NCBI GenBank assembly: GCA_963729715.1
Contig: CAVSPA010000006.1
Span: forward strand, 224,001-288,000
Length of the DNA stretch: 64,000 bases
Origin: an uncultured delta proteobacterium
Lineage (GTDB): Bacteria; Desulfobacterota; Syntrophia; Syntrophales; UBA2185
Direction: 5' to 3'
A model generated the notes under the pieces. It had not been told where the DNA came from. It did no database searches and worked only from the letters and a program-made list of their open reading frames with translations. Within the stretch, counting starts at the first letter, position 1; every line of letters begins with the position of its first letter. The position numbers and the translations under genes were made by a program. Positions 1 through 9,269 of the stretch are shown here, piece by piece.

Positions 1-2
1 AA

Positions 3-545
3 GTAACGATAGAGATCAATCTTGATGGTGCGGGGGAAAGGAAGATATCGACAACTGTGGCGTTTATGGATCACATGCTCAACCTCTTTGCCCGGCACGG
101 CCTCATTCATCTCGTCATAAAGGGCCATGGTGATACGCAAGTTGATGATCATCACCTAGTTGAGGACATCGGTATTTGCCTTGGCGATGCCGTGAAAAAA
201 GCCGTTGGTGATAAGAAGGGAATAAGACGTTACGGATCTGCCATTATTCCCATGGATGAGAGTTTGTGCAGCGTAGTCATGGATATTTCCGGAAGACCCT
301 ATCTGATTTATAACGTGGAATTCAAGGGGAAGAAAAGCGACAAGTTCGACTACTCTCTATTAAGGGAATTTTTTAAGTCCTTTTCAGATCATAGCGGAAT
401 AACCTTGCATATCAATCTTCTTTATGGTAGGAATAACCACCATATAGCCGAGGCGATTTTTAAAGCCTTTGCCCTTGCCTTGAGAAAAGCAGTGACCATT
501 CACGGCCGCATAGAAGGCATCTTATCCACTAAAGGAAGTCTGTGA
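3..545 (+). CDS. hisB: Imidazoleglycerol-phosphate dehydratase (5' end outside window)
   Basis: Frame is open from position 3 (VTIEINLDGAGERKISTTVAFMDHML); DDHHLVED and NNHHIAEAIFKA motifs; C-terminal STKGSL. Confidence 0.97.
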   Translation, partial: VTIEINLDGAGERKISTTVAFMDHMLNLFARHGLIHLVIKGHGDTQVDDHHLVEDIGICLGDAVKKAVGDKKGIRRYGSAIIPMDESLCSVVMDISGRPYLIYNVEFKGKKSDKFDYSLLREFFKSFSDHSGITLHINLLYGRNNHHIAEAIFKAFALALRKAVTIHGRIEGILSTKGSL

Positions 546-1282
546 TCAGCAGTCTCCGAAGAGGAGGTGGTAACATCCACAGAGATTCGTTCCGTATTTT
601 AGATCGTTTTGCCCAGTTCCTCCTTTTATTTTTAATTCTTTGCGTAGTTTGCGGCTGCCAGCGAGCGAGCGGCGTATCTACAACCCTCAAAGATGACGGG
701 AAGGTTGTCTTCAAGCGTATCGCTGTCGTCCCATTCCAGGCAATCCGCCAAGAAGATGCAGATGTTAACACAGTGCGATGTCCTGTGTGTGGATTGGTGT
801 TCCGGACGGAGAGCTATGCCAAAGGGTCAGAGACAATTGTCGAAGGCATATTTCTTGATCGCCTCAAAGACGAGAAGATGTTTGCTCTTATCCCGCCGGA
901 CAGAGTGGGAGGCGTTTACGAAGGGGTCACAGGAGGCCTGTTCAAAGCGGATCTCCTCGATGTCTTAAAAAAAGTTGGCACTGAATTGGAAGCGGATGGA
1001 ATTATATTAGCTTACGTGTACCGTTTCCGTGAAAGGAAAGGTTTCTCGCTATCCGTCGAAAAGCCGGCATCCGTGGCCTTTGAAATCCATCTGATCAGGG
1101 TTGCTGACGGCGCCATCGTCTGGAGAGGCATTTTCGATAAGACACAAACCACACTCATGGAGAATCTTCTTCAAATAGCTTCTTTTTTAAAAGAGGGTGG
1201 GAAATGGGTTACCGCCAAAGAGTTGGCTGCCGAGGGCATGGATGATGTCTTAAAGGATTTTCCCGGAGTTCGGCACGAATAA
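542..1282 (+). CDS. Hypothetical lipoprotein (CsgG/TolB-N-like fold possible, CPVCG insert)
   Basis: Hydrophobic segment then VVCGC lipobox-like; RIAVVPF motif; overlaps hisB stop (GTGA). Confidence 0.65.
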   Translation: MISSLRRGGGNIHRDSFRILDRFAQFLLLFLILCVVCGCQRASGVSTTLKDDGKVVFKRIAVVPFQAIRQEDADVNTVRCPVCGLVFRTESYAKGSETIVEGIFLDRLKDEKMFALIPPDRVGGVYEGVTGGLFKADLLDVLKKVGTELEADGIILAYVYRFRERKGFSLSVEKPASVAFEIHLIRVADGAIVWRGIFDKTQTTLMENLLQIASFLKEGGKWVTAKELAAEGMDDVLKDFPGVRHE

Positions 1283-1370
1283 CAGAAACGCATAAACTAT
1301 CACCTGTGGAACCATGCTGCAGCAGTTCGCGCAGCGGGAAGTTTCGTAGACTCGGGATGGGAGTAGACAA

Positions 1371-2096
1371 GTGATCATAATACCGGCGATCGATTTGAAA
1401 GATGGCCGGTGTGTGCGGCTTGCGCAGGGTGATTTCAGGCGTGTGACCGTATATTCAAACGATCCTGTCGGTATAGCCAAGAAATGGCAGGAGAGCGGCG
1501 CAGAGCGTATACATGTGGTTGATCTTGACGGTTCGCTCGCCGGCTCACCAAGGAATGCAGATGTGATCCGGGACATCGTCGCAAAAGTCGGCTTACCAAT
1601 TGAGGTCGGCGGCGGCATAAGGGACATGAAGACCATCGAGGCCTATATAGGAATGGGCGTAAACTGGGTGATCCTGGGCACGATGGCTCTGAAAGACAAG
1701 GATTTCGTCAGGAAGGCGTGTGACGGTCATAAAGGCAAAATCATTCTCGGTATCGATGCGAATGACGGGAAGGCGGCGATCCAGGGGTGGACAGAGAGGA
1801 CTTCAGAATCTGCAGTTGATATAGCAAAAGGTTATGAAGGCTTCGGACTGGCTGCGATTGTCTACACGAACATCAAAAGGGACGGCATGGAAACGGGCGT
1901 CGATATAGAGGCTACCAGAAATCTCGCCCAGTCAGTTGATATACCGGTAATAGCTTCAGGCGGCGTATCAAGTGTTGAAGATATCCGCAGGCTCCGTGAA
2001 ATAGAAAAGTTCGGTGTCGTGGGTGTTATTATCGGTAAAGCACTGTATTCAGGCGCCGTTTCGCTAACAGAGGCCATAGCCCTATCGAAGTATTGA
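1371..2096 (+). CDS. hisA: ProFAR isomerase HisA
   Basis: MIIIPAIDLKDGRCVRL, HVVDLDG, GGGIR, RDGM, ASGGV motifs. Confidence 0.97.
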   Translation: MIIIPAIDLKDGRCVRLAQGDFRRVTVYSNDPVGIAKKWQESGAERIHVVDLDGSLAGSPRNADVIRDIVAKVGLPIEVGGGIRDMKTIEAYIGMGVNWVILGTMALKDKDFVRKACDGHKGKIILGIDANDGKAAIQGWTERTSESAVDIAKGYEGFGLAAIVYTNIKRDGMETGVDIEATRNLAQSVDIPVIASGGVSSVEDIRRLREIEKFGVVGVIIGKALYSGAVSLTEAIALSKY

Positions 2097-2327
2097 TATC
2101 TGTGACAAAGCATTTTTGATGATTCTGCATGATGGCAAGAAAAGTCGGCTCCATTATGAAGAAGGTTGCAATGCTGCCTGACCTCAAGAAGGGGAGGATA
2201 TAGCCCGATGCCCGAAACAGGAATGGATACAGCGGACCTGACGTATTTTGACTTTTTGCCGAATCTTCATTCTTAAAATCCGGCCGTTCAGGCATGGAGG
2301 TTCAATTCAAAGAGAAAGGATGACGTC

Positions 2328-2672
2328 ATGGAAGATTGCATTTTTTGCAAGATAGCGAATGGCACGATACCGAGCAAAAAAGTTTACGAAGACGCGGAGG
2401 TATTGGTCTTTGATGACATCCATCCTATGGCACCTGTTCACGTTGTCATAATTCCTAAAAAGCATATTCCAACCATGCTGGACGTGACGAAAGTGGACAT
2501 GAACTCCGTCGGTTCCATGTTCATTGCCGCCCAAGAAGTGGCACGTATCAAAGGCATAAATGAAAGAGGATTTCGAGTGGTCATAAACTGCAATGAAGAA
2601 GGTGGGCAGGTCATTTTTCACCTGCACATGCATTTATTGGGGGGGAAAAAACTGAAGGACGGGCTGGCCTGA
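2328..2672 (+). CDS. Histidine triad (HIT) nucleotide-binding protein
   Basis: CIFCKI N-terminus and HLHMHLLGG triad. Confidence 0.95.
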   Translation: MEDCIFCKIANGTIPSKKVYEDAEVLVFDDIHPMAPVHVVIIPKKHIPTMLDVTKVDMNSVGSMFIAAQEVARIKGINERGFRVVINCNEEGGQVIFHLHMHLLGGKKLKDGLA

Positions 2673-2683
2673 TTAAAGGCGTC

Positions 2684-2711
2684 TTGACAAACAGCTAATG
2701 TGACATAAATT
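2684..2711 (+). promoter_or_regulatory. Sigma70-type promoter for yqeY-dnaG-rpoD
   Basis: TTGACA (2684-2689), 16 nt spacer, TAAATT. Confidence 0.55.
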
Positions 2712-2741
2712 ATTGACGTTTAAAGTTATATGGGTGGTATA

Positions 2742-3188
2742 ATGAATATTGATGAGAAAGTTAACGGTGAGATGGTCTTGGCCGCGAAGGCAAAGGATCA
2801 GGTAAGGTTGTCTGCCATAAGGATGGTGAAGGCAGCTATGCATAACAGGGAAATAGACCTGAAGAGGAAATTAAACGAAGTGGAATTTCTGCAGCTCTTG
2901 TCATCCATGGTGAAGCAGAGAAAAGACTCGATCGACCAGTTTAGAAAAGGTGGAAGAGAGGATCTGGTGGACAAAGAGGAGGCGGAACTGAAGGTTATAC
3001 AGGCATTTATGCCAGAGCAGATGTCGGAAGAAGATGTCGCTCGCGAAATTGAGACGGCAATCAAAGAAGTCGGCGCGATCAGTATCAAAGATATGGGGAA
3101 AGTAATGAAGGCCCTGATGCCGAGATTAACGGGTAAGACTGATGGGAAGCTGGTCGGCGAGAAGGTTAAGGAAAAATTATCATCTTAA
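2742..3188 (+). CDS. yqeY: GatB/YqeY domain protein
   Basis: KQRKDSIDQFRKGGREDL and KDMGKVMK motifs; usual position before dnaG. Confidence 0.93.
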   Translation: MNIDEKVNGEMVLAAKAKDQVRLSAIRMVKAAMHNREIDLKRKLNEVEFLQLLSSMVKQRKDSIDQFRKGGREDLVDKEEAELKVIQAFMPEQMSEEDVAREIETAIKEVGAISIKDMGKVMKALMPRLTGKTDGKLVGEKVKEKLSS

Positions 3189-3215
3189 TTGCACACATTT
3201 CATCCTGGCGCAAGC

Positions 3216-3252
3216 ATCCCCCCTCCCTCTTCAGTACAGGGGGATAAGGGGC
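3216..3252. repeat. Degenerate C-rich/G-rich palindromic REP-like element
   Basis: ATCCCCCCTCCCTCTT...AGGGGGATAAGGGG; resembles elements at 32573 and 58153. Confidence 0.4.
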
Positions 3253-3482
3253 TGAATTCATATCAGTCATCGAGAAAATTGAAGATAGATGAACTCCCCG
3301 GCAAGGAAGAAATTATTCTGCATTGCGCCCTTTCTCCCGCCATACGGGCAGGCATATTGGAAGCGCTCCCGGCCTATGATTTGCCACTCAGAACTTCTTG
3401 TAAAAAGATTCGATAATCTTAGCTCCTTTTTTGGATTTATCGACGTCTGCGTTTTAGTCCTGAAAGGATAAGGGACGAGGCA

Positions 3483-5264
3483 GTGAAAGGACATATTGCT
3501 CCGGATAAAATAGAAGAGATAAAGAGAAGGGCGGATATCGTTGATCTGATTTCCGAATATGTCACGCTCAAGAAAGGAGGGAAGAACTTTCTCGGACTCT
3601 GCCCCTTTCACAAGGAGAAGACGCCTTCCTTTACGGTGAATCGAGACAAGCAGATATTCTACTGTTTCGGATGCGGTGAGGGAGGCAATGTTCTGACATT
3701 TCTGATGAAGATGAGCGACATGTCTTTCCCGGAAGCGGTAAGGCATCTGGCAGGCAAAACGGGCGTTGTCATTCCTGAGAGAATTTTGACCCACGAGGAG
3801 AAGGAGTCATTTAGCGTCAGGAACGAAATCAGCCGCGTCAACAAGATGGCAGCGGCGTATTTCTCCAAGAACCTATTTTCGCATGCAGGAAAAGAGGCAC
3901 AAGACTACCTGAGAAAAAGGGGGATGCAGGAGAACGTAGTCAAGGAATTCGGCCTTGGATATGCCCTCGACGGATGGAGGCATCTGAGGGATTATTTCGA
4001 AAAGGCTGGTATCTCCTTGACGCTTGTTGAACAGTCAGGACTGGTCATTCCAAAAGCAAACGGGGGCGGGTCTTATTACGACCGGTTCAGGAGGAGATTA
4101 ATTTTCCCCATAGAGGACGTCGGTGGCAGTGTCATTGCCTTCGGCGGCAGGATTATAGGGAGCGGCGAACCGAAGTATCTGAATACTTCCGAATCACCCG
4201 TATACATCAAGGGAAGGAATCTCTATGGTCTCAACCGCACGAAGGAAAACATCCGCCAGAAAGGTTATGCCATCCTCGTAGAAGGATATTTCGACTTGAT
4301 CACCCTGTGGGCTTCCGGCGTCAGGAATGTCATAGCGACACTCGGGACTGCTCTGACACGAGATCACGTCGATCTAATGCGGCGGTATACTTCGCACGTC
4401 GCGGTGGTGTTTGATCCTGATGAAGCCGGGAAGAAGGCACTGACGAGGAGCATAGAATTATTTCTTTCAGGAAATATGCATGCAAAGGGCGTTGTACTTC
4501 CGGATGGCTATGATCCTGATCAATATTTGAGGGCGCATGGAAAAGAATCATTCATGGAAATCATCGATAAAGCCGAGTCCCTGGTAGATTACTATATTGA
4601 GAATGTTATCGGGGGAGTGGCGACTTATGAAGAGAAGAGGGACGCCCTGAAGGAAGCCGTGTCGTTTGTTATCCATATTGATAATACAAGAGAGAGGGAT
4701 TTGTTCATAAAAAGGGTATCGGAGAAAATAGGTCTGGATCAAGAGCTTCTGACAAAAGAGGTCAATCTTGCCCTGAAGGCGCCTGCCGCAAAGGAGGCAG
4801 ATTCCTCAAGAGAACCTGATATAGAAATCGACACGGTGGAGCTGAGTATTATCCATATCATGCTGGAATATCCTTCTGTGGTTCCTGAAATTGCCCAAAA
4901 AAATATCTTTGATTGCTTTATGAGTGCGAATCTGAAATCTCTCGCCGTAAAGCTAACGGACTATTATGCAAAGAAAGGGGTAAAGGGTTTTGATGCGTCG
5001 CAGTTCATACAGACAATTGATAACGAATTCATAAAGAAAAAGCTTCTCAGAATGATGATAGATGAGAATCCTTACAATGAAAAGGTGATTGACCGCGTTA
5101 CCGCAGATGCGATGAAACAGGTTAAACGGAAGTGGTACAAGGAAAGATGCCGCGTCTTGAAGACGAAAATTAAGAAAGCCGAGGAAAACAATAACCAAGA
5201 GCTGTGGGCAAGGCTCTTGCAAGAGTTGCAAGGACTGCAGAGAGAAGAAAAAACGACGTTGTGA
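3483..5264 (+). CDS. dnaG: DNA primase
   Basis: CPFH...CFGC zinc finger, KYLNT, VEGYFD TOPRIM, FDPDEAG, DPD. Confidence 0.98.
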   Translation: MKGHIAPDKIEEIKRRADIVDLISEYVTLKKGGKNFLGLCPFHKEKTPSFTVNRDKQIFYCFGCGEGGNVLTFLMKMSDMSFPEAVRHLAGKTGVVIPERILTHEEKESFSVRNEISRVNKMAAAYFSKNLFSHAGKEAQDYLRKRGMQENVVKEFGLGYALDGWRHLRDYFEKAGISLTLVEQSGLVIPKANGGGSYYDRFRRRLIFPIEDVGGSVIAFGGRIIGSGEPKYLNTSESPVYIKGRNLYGLNRTKENIRQKGYAILVEGYFDLITLWASGVRNVIATLGTALTRDHVDLMRRYTSHVAVVFDPDEAGKKALTRSIELFLSGNMHAKGVVLPDGYDPDQYLRAHGKESFMEIIDKAESLVDYYIENVIGGVATYEEKRDALKEAVSFVIHIDNTRERDLFIKRVSEKIGLDQELLTKEVNLALKAPAAKEADSSREPDIEIDTVELSIIHIMLEYPSVVPEIAQKNIFDCFMSANLKSLAVKLTDYYAKKGVKGFDASQFIQTIDNEFIKKKLLRMMIDENPYNEKVIDRVTADAMKQVKRKWYKERCRVLKTKIKKAEENNNQELWARLLQELQGLQREEKTTL

Positions 5265-5315
5265 AAATAACGTGTTTAAATTTGTTTTTTTAATAAAGCG
5301 CCGGGAGAAACCAAT

Positions 5316-7064
5316 ATGGGAAAAGAAATGGAATCGGAAGAATTTAAGAAGTTAATATCATTGGGCGAGTCGAAAGGCTTCTTGACCTATGACGATGTTA
5401 ACGATTTGCTGCCATCCGACGTCATATCTTCGGACCAGATAGATGATATCATCATGCTCTTTGGTGAGAAAAATATAGACATCATCGATACTGACAAAGG
5501 CGAAAAGCTGGTTGTGAAAAAGGTTGCCGATGAAAGGGCGGAAGTCAAAGAGGAAGACATTCTTGACCTCATGGCTACCGTGGGAAAGACCGGCGATCCT
5601 GTCAAGATGTACCTTCGCGAAATGGGGCTTGTATCCTTACTCTCGAGGGAAGGAGAAGTTGAGATAGCAAAGAAGATCGAAGAGGGAGAGAAGGAGGTCA
5701 TGGACTCCATCTTTGGTGTGACGGCCCTGGTGAAGGATGTCGTGGATATCGGCAAGAAAATCAAGAGCGGTGATATCCGTATAAAGAGCATAGTAGCCAA
5801 TCTTGAGGATGAAGACGGTTTTGTTGAAGAGGACATGCATAAGGAAAGGGTAGTGAAACTGATTGACAGGATAACTGCCTTAGACAGGAAAAATGACACC
5901 CTTAAGCGGAAGCTCAAACTCAAAAGCCTGCGCAAGAAAGAGAGGAGCGCTGCCGAGGAGGAACTTGAAAAAAATATCAGGAACATCATTCGTCTGTGCA
6001 GAAAAGTCAAATTCAGCAAGAGACAGATAGAAAGAATGGCCTCGAAGCTGAAGAGCTATGTCACGGCAGGAGAAAAGGCGGAAAACGACCTCCGCAGATG
6101 CAAGGGAACAACGGGATTGTCCCTCAATGAAATGGAGAAGGCATGGAAACGCGTAAGGAAGTTGCCGGCCGGTCGTGTGATCGATAAAGAAACAAGGGTA
6201 TCAATTCAGAAGTTGAAAGAATGCGAAGCCCTCGTAGGGGAAGCGAAAAAGACAACAGCAGCAATCGCGCAGGAAATAGGGATCTCTCTATCTGCTTTAA
6301 AAAAGATTGTTACTGTCATCGAGAGGGGAGAGAGAAAAGCTGACAGAGCCAAGAGAAAACTGGTGGAAGCGAACCTGCGCCTGGTTGTAAGCATAGCCAA
6401 AAAGTATACAAGCCGAGGATTGCAATTCCTGGACCTTATCCAGGAGGGGAATATCGGTCTGATGAAAGCAGTTGATAAATTTGAATATCAACGAGGATAT
6501 AAATTTTCCACTTATGCTACATGGTGGATCAGGCAGGCGATAACAAGGGCGATTGCCGATCAGGCAAGGACCATAAGAATTCCCGTCCATATGATTGAGA
6601 CGATAAACAAGCTGATTCGCACATCACGTTACCTGGTGCAGGAATTGGGCAGAGAGCCAAATCCTGAGGAAATTGCGAATAAGATGGAGTATCCTTTAGA
6701 AAAGGTGAGAAAAGTTCTGAAGATCGCCAAAGAACCCATATCTCTCGAGACACCCATAGGCGAGGAAGAGGATAGTCACCTTGGTGATTTTATAGTTGAT
6801 AAAAAAATTATGTCGCCTTCAGAAGCTACAATAAGCATGAATCTCGCGGAACAAACAAGAAAGATATTGTCAACATTGACGCCGAGGGAAGAAAAAGTAC
6901 TGAGGATGCGTTTTGGAATCAGCGAGAGGAGCGATTATTCGTCGGAGAGGGAAAAGAGTCACTTGGAGATCAACCGGGAGCGGAACAAACAGTTGGAGGC
7001 AAATACGGTCAGAAAATTGAGGAACCCGTCAAGGAGGAAAGTCTTCCGACCGGCAGCGAAATAA
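5316..7064 (+). CDS. rpoD: RNA polymerase sigma70 factor RpoD with degenerate region 4.2
   Basis: Region 1.1, [69 protein letters not shown] all intact; HTH of 4.2 altered. Confidence 0.96.
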   Translation: MGKEMESEEFKKLISLGESKGFLTYDDVNDLLPSDVISSDQIDDIIMLFGEKNIDIIDTDKGEKLVVKKVADERAEVKEEDILDLMATVGKTGDPVKMYLREMGLVSLLSREGEVEIAKKIEEGEKEVMDSIFGVTALVKDVVDIGKKIKSGDIRIKSIVANLEDEDGFVEEDMHKERVVKLIDRITALDRKNDTLKRKLKLKSLRKKERSAAEEELEKNIRNIIRLCRKVKFSKRQIERMASKLKSYVTAGEKAENDLRRCKGTTGLSLNEMEKAWKRVRKLPAGRVIDKETRVSIQKLKECEALVGEAKKTTAAIAQEIGISLSALKKIVTVIERGERKADRAKRKLVEANLRLVVSIAKKYTSRGLQFLDLIQEGNIGLMKAVDKFEYQRGYKFSTYATWWIRQAITRAIADQARTIRIPVHMIETINKLIRTSRYLVQELGREPNPEEIANKMEYPLEKVRKVLKIAKEPISLETPIGEEEDSHLGDFIVDKKIMSPSEATISMNLAEQTRKILSTLTPREEKVLRMRFGISERSDYSSEREKSHLEINRERNKQLEANTVRKLRNPSRRKVFRPAAK

Positions 7065-7067
7065 AGA

Positions 7068-7095
7068 TTGACAAGCATAAAGCAAGAAGTATAAA
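7068..7095 (+). promoter_or_regulatory. Sigma70-type promoter of tRNA-Ile
   Basis: TTGACA, 16 nt spacer, TATAAA, about 45 nt before the tRNA. Confidence 0.6.
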
Positions 7096-7141
7096 TAAAC
7101 AGTTTACAACCGAGGCAAGATCTTTAGTAAGAAGTAACGAC

Positions 7142-7217
7142 GGGCCCATAGCTCAATTGGAAGAGCCACCGGCTCATAACCGGTAGGTCCCTGGTTCGAA
7201 CCCAGGTGGGCCCACCA
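7142..7217 (+). tRNA. tRNA with CAT anticodon, most likely tRNA-Ile2 (lysidine)
   Basis: GGGCCCA/TGGGCCC acceptor stem, ACCGG-CTCATAA-CCGGT anticodon arm, GGTTCGAA T loop, encoded CCA; paired 1-72 argues against fMet; position after rpoD typical of Ile2. Confidence 0.93.
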
Positions 7218-7377
7218 CAATAATTGAAAAGCCAGGTGTTGCAATTTTATACCGCGTATAAGGCATATCATCATATGCATTGCCGCATCTGTACTGAGAG
7301 TAATGATTATATGTATCCGGGAAAGATATCAGCAGGCATTTCAACAAAGCATCAGGGGAGAAATATCCTGAAGAATC

Positions 7378-7409
7378 AAATGCACCACATGTTGGTGCAT
7401 TTTTTTTTG
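7378..7409 (+). terminator. Rho-independent terminator after tRNA
   Basis: AAATGCACCA-catgt-TGGTGCATTT followed by a T run. Confidence 0.7.
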
Positions 7410-7491
7410 CACCGATGACAGATTTTGACTTCAAGAATGCATTAATGGATACGACGCCCCATTTGATAAATGAAGATGAAAGGGGATTCTT

Positions 7492-8214
7492 TTGAAAGAA
7501 CAGTTATCATACTTAATTGAGCTTCAGAAACTCGACTTGATCGTAGGCAGGATAATCGTGAAAAAAGGCGAACTGCCTGATAAAATTGTGCAGATGGATG
7601 AAGGATTCGCGGCCTCTGCGAAAAGCGTGGAGGAAAGCAAGAAGATGTTTGAGGAATTGAATAAACTGCAGGGTGAGAAGGAAGACAAGTTAAGAAGAGG
7701 CATCGATACCCTGAAGAAGACGAAAGATCGCCTATTGGAGGTAAAGACAAACAAGGAATATCAGGCAATGTTGAAGGAAATTGAAACCATAGAGAACAAG
7801 AACAGCGAGATCGAAGATGAAATCATTTCCGGTTTGGACAGGATCGATCATATGAGAGCCGAGGTGAAGGTAAAAGAGAAAGATTTTGAAACTCGCAGGG
7901 CGCAGTATGAGAAGAATAAGGAAAAGCTGGAGAAAGAGATAAGTCAGCTTGACCAGGATCTTCAGGACGCAGAGAAAAAAACCGATGCGCTCAGAAAACG
8001 GATTCGTGGCGAACTTCTCAAAAGGTATGAAACGATTAAAGGCAGGAGAAATGGGGTGGCCGTGGCATTGGTGTGGAAGGAAGTCTGCGGCGGCTGCCAT
8101 ATGAACATACCCCCTCAAATGTATAACGAGCTGCAAACGTCTGCGGATCTCTTAACCTGTCCGAACTGTAACCGCATCATCTACTGGCATAGTCAGGGTG
8201 AAAATAATGGATAG
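7492..8214 (+). CDS. Coiled-coil C4-type zinc-ribbon protein (DUF164/CT398-like)
   Basis: Long coiled coil, KEYQAMLKEIE, CGGCHMNIPPQ...CPNCNRI. Confidence 0.92.
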   Translation: MKEQLSYLIELQKLDLIVGRIIVKKGELPDKIVQMDEGFAASAKSVEESKKMFEELNKLQGEKEDKLRRGIDTLKKTKDRLLEVKTNKEYQAMLKEIETIENKNSEIEDEIISGLDRIDHMRAEVKVKEKDFETRRAQYEKNKEKLEKEISQLDQDLQDAEKKTDALRKRIRGELLKRYETIKGRRNGVAVALVWKEVCGGCHMNIPPQMYNELQTSADLLTCPNCNRIIYWHSQGENNG

Positions 8215-8617
8215 CCCGGTTATAAATCTTTACACCGATGGGGCATGCCGGGGAAATCCCGGGCAGGGCGGCGCAGGAGCCGTCCTGGTGAATGAGACGG
8301 GAGAAATCATAGCGACAGTGAGGCATTCATTGGGATACTGCACGAATAATATCGCAGAGTACAAGGCTCTCATTTTCGGTTTAGAAGAAGCCTTAAAGAA
8401 GCGATGTAGGCAGTTGAACATATTTCTCGATTCAGAGCTCTTGGTCAATCAGATAAAAGGCTCATATAAAGTGAAAAATGAAAATCTGAAAACCCTGATG
8501 TCCGAAGTGAGAAAATTGCTGTTGCGTTTTGACGGTTATAAAGTAGAGCATATCGATAGAAGCCTGAATCAGATGGCCGACAAATTGGCCAATGAAGCCA
8601 TAGATGAAGCGCCCTGA
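8207..8617 (+). CDS. rnhA: Ribonuclease HI family protein
   Basis: YTDGACRGNPG, TNNIAEY, DSELLVNQ, NQMADKLAN. Confidence 0.92.
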   Translation: MDSPVINLYTDGACRGNPGQGGAGAVLVNETGEIIATVRHSLGYCTNNIAEYKALIFGLEEALKKRCRQLNIFLDSELLVNQIKGSYKVKNENLKTLMSEVRKLLLRFDGYKVEHIDRSLNQMADKLANEAIDEAP

Positions 8618-8860
8618 TCCATCGTTCCCATCTGAAATCTCAATTTCTAAATTGAAGCTCTCCGCAGCAAGCCTCGGGGAATGCTTGCCGACGAATTCCA
8701 AGTTACTCCCCGACGCTTCCGGCATATCTTTCATGGCGCGCCGTCACGGGCATTCCGGGGGCTCTTTGCATCCTGAAATTGCGCGCAGACTCCCGGAAGA
8801 AGATATTCATATTATAACTTCTCTTTCGCATTGGAATTGACTATAATGAAGAAGAGTAAA

Positions 8861-9241
8861 GGTGTTGGAGCAGATCAGATGATCGCTGGCCCGGTCTTCC
8901 GGGCTGGAGGAAAGTCCGAGCTCCGCAGGGCAGGATGGTCGCTAACGGCGACTGGGGGTGACCCTAAGGAAAGTGCCACAGAAAATATACCGCCTGTCAT
9001 TGGCAGGTAAGGGTGAAAAGGCGAGGTAAGAGCTCACCAGTTTCCCGGGTGACCGGGAAAGCTTGGTAAACCCCATCCGGAGCAAGACCAAATAGGAGAA
9101 CAATAAAAGTGGCCCGCTTGTCGTTCTCGGGTAGTGTCGCTTGAGGCAGCAGGCAACTGCTGTCCCAGATGAATGATCATCACCGCCTTTCTGGTGACGG
9201 AAAAGCGGGACAGAACTCGGCTTATGATCTGGTCTGACACC
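8861..9241 (+). ncRNA. rnpB: RNase P RNA (type A)
   Basis: GAGGAAAGTCCGAGCTC, GGAAAGTGCCACAGAAAA, GGGTGAAA, ACAGAACTCGGCTTA conserved blocks; termini pair (GGTGTTGGAGCAGATC / GATCTGGTCTGACACC); TATAAT at 8842. Confidence 0.97.
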
Positions 9242-9269
9242 GATTAAATCCCATTCGCCACTTAATCAC

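Noticed and set aside
1863..1890. HisA inactivation by TNIKRDG (Asn for the usual Asp)
   Set aside because: The catalytic Asp residues (AID and RDG) are retained
7174..7434. ORFs overlapping the tRNA and its terminator
   Set aside because: Shadow translations of structural RNA; the same applies to 9034-9240 over rnpB
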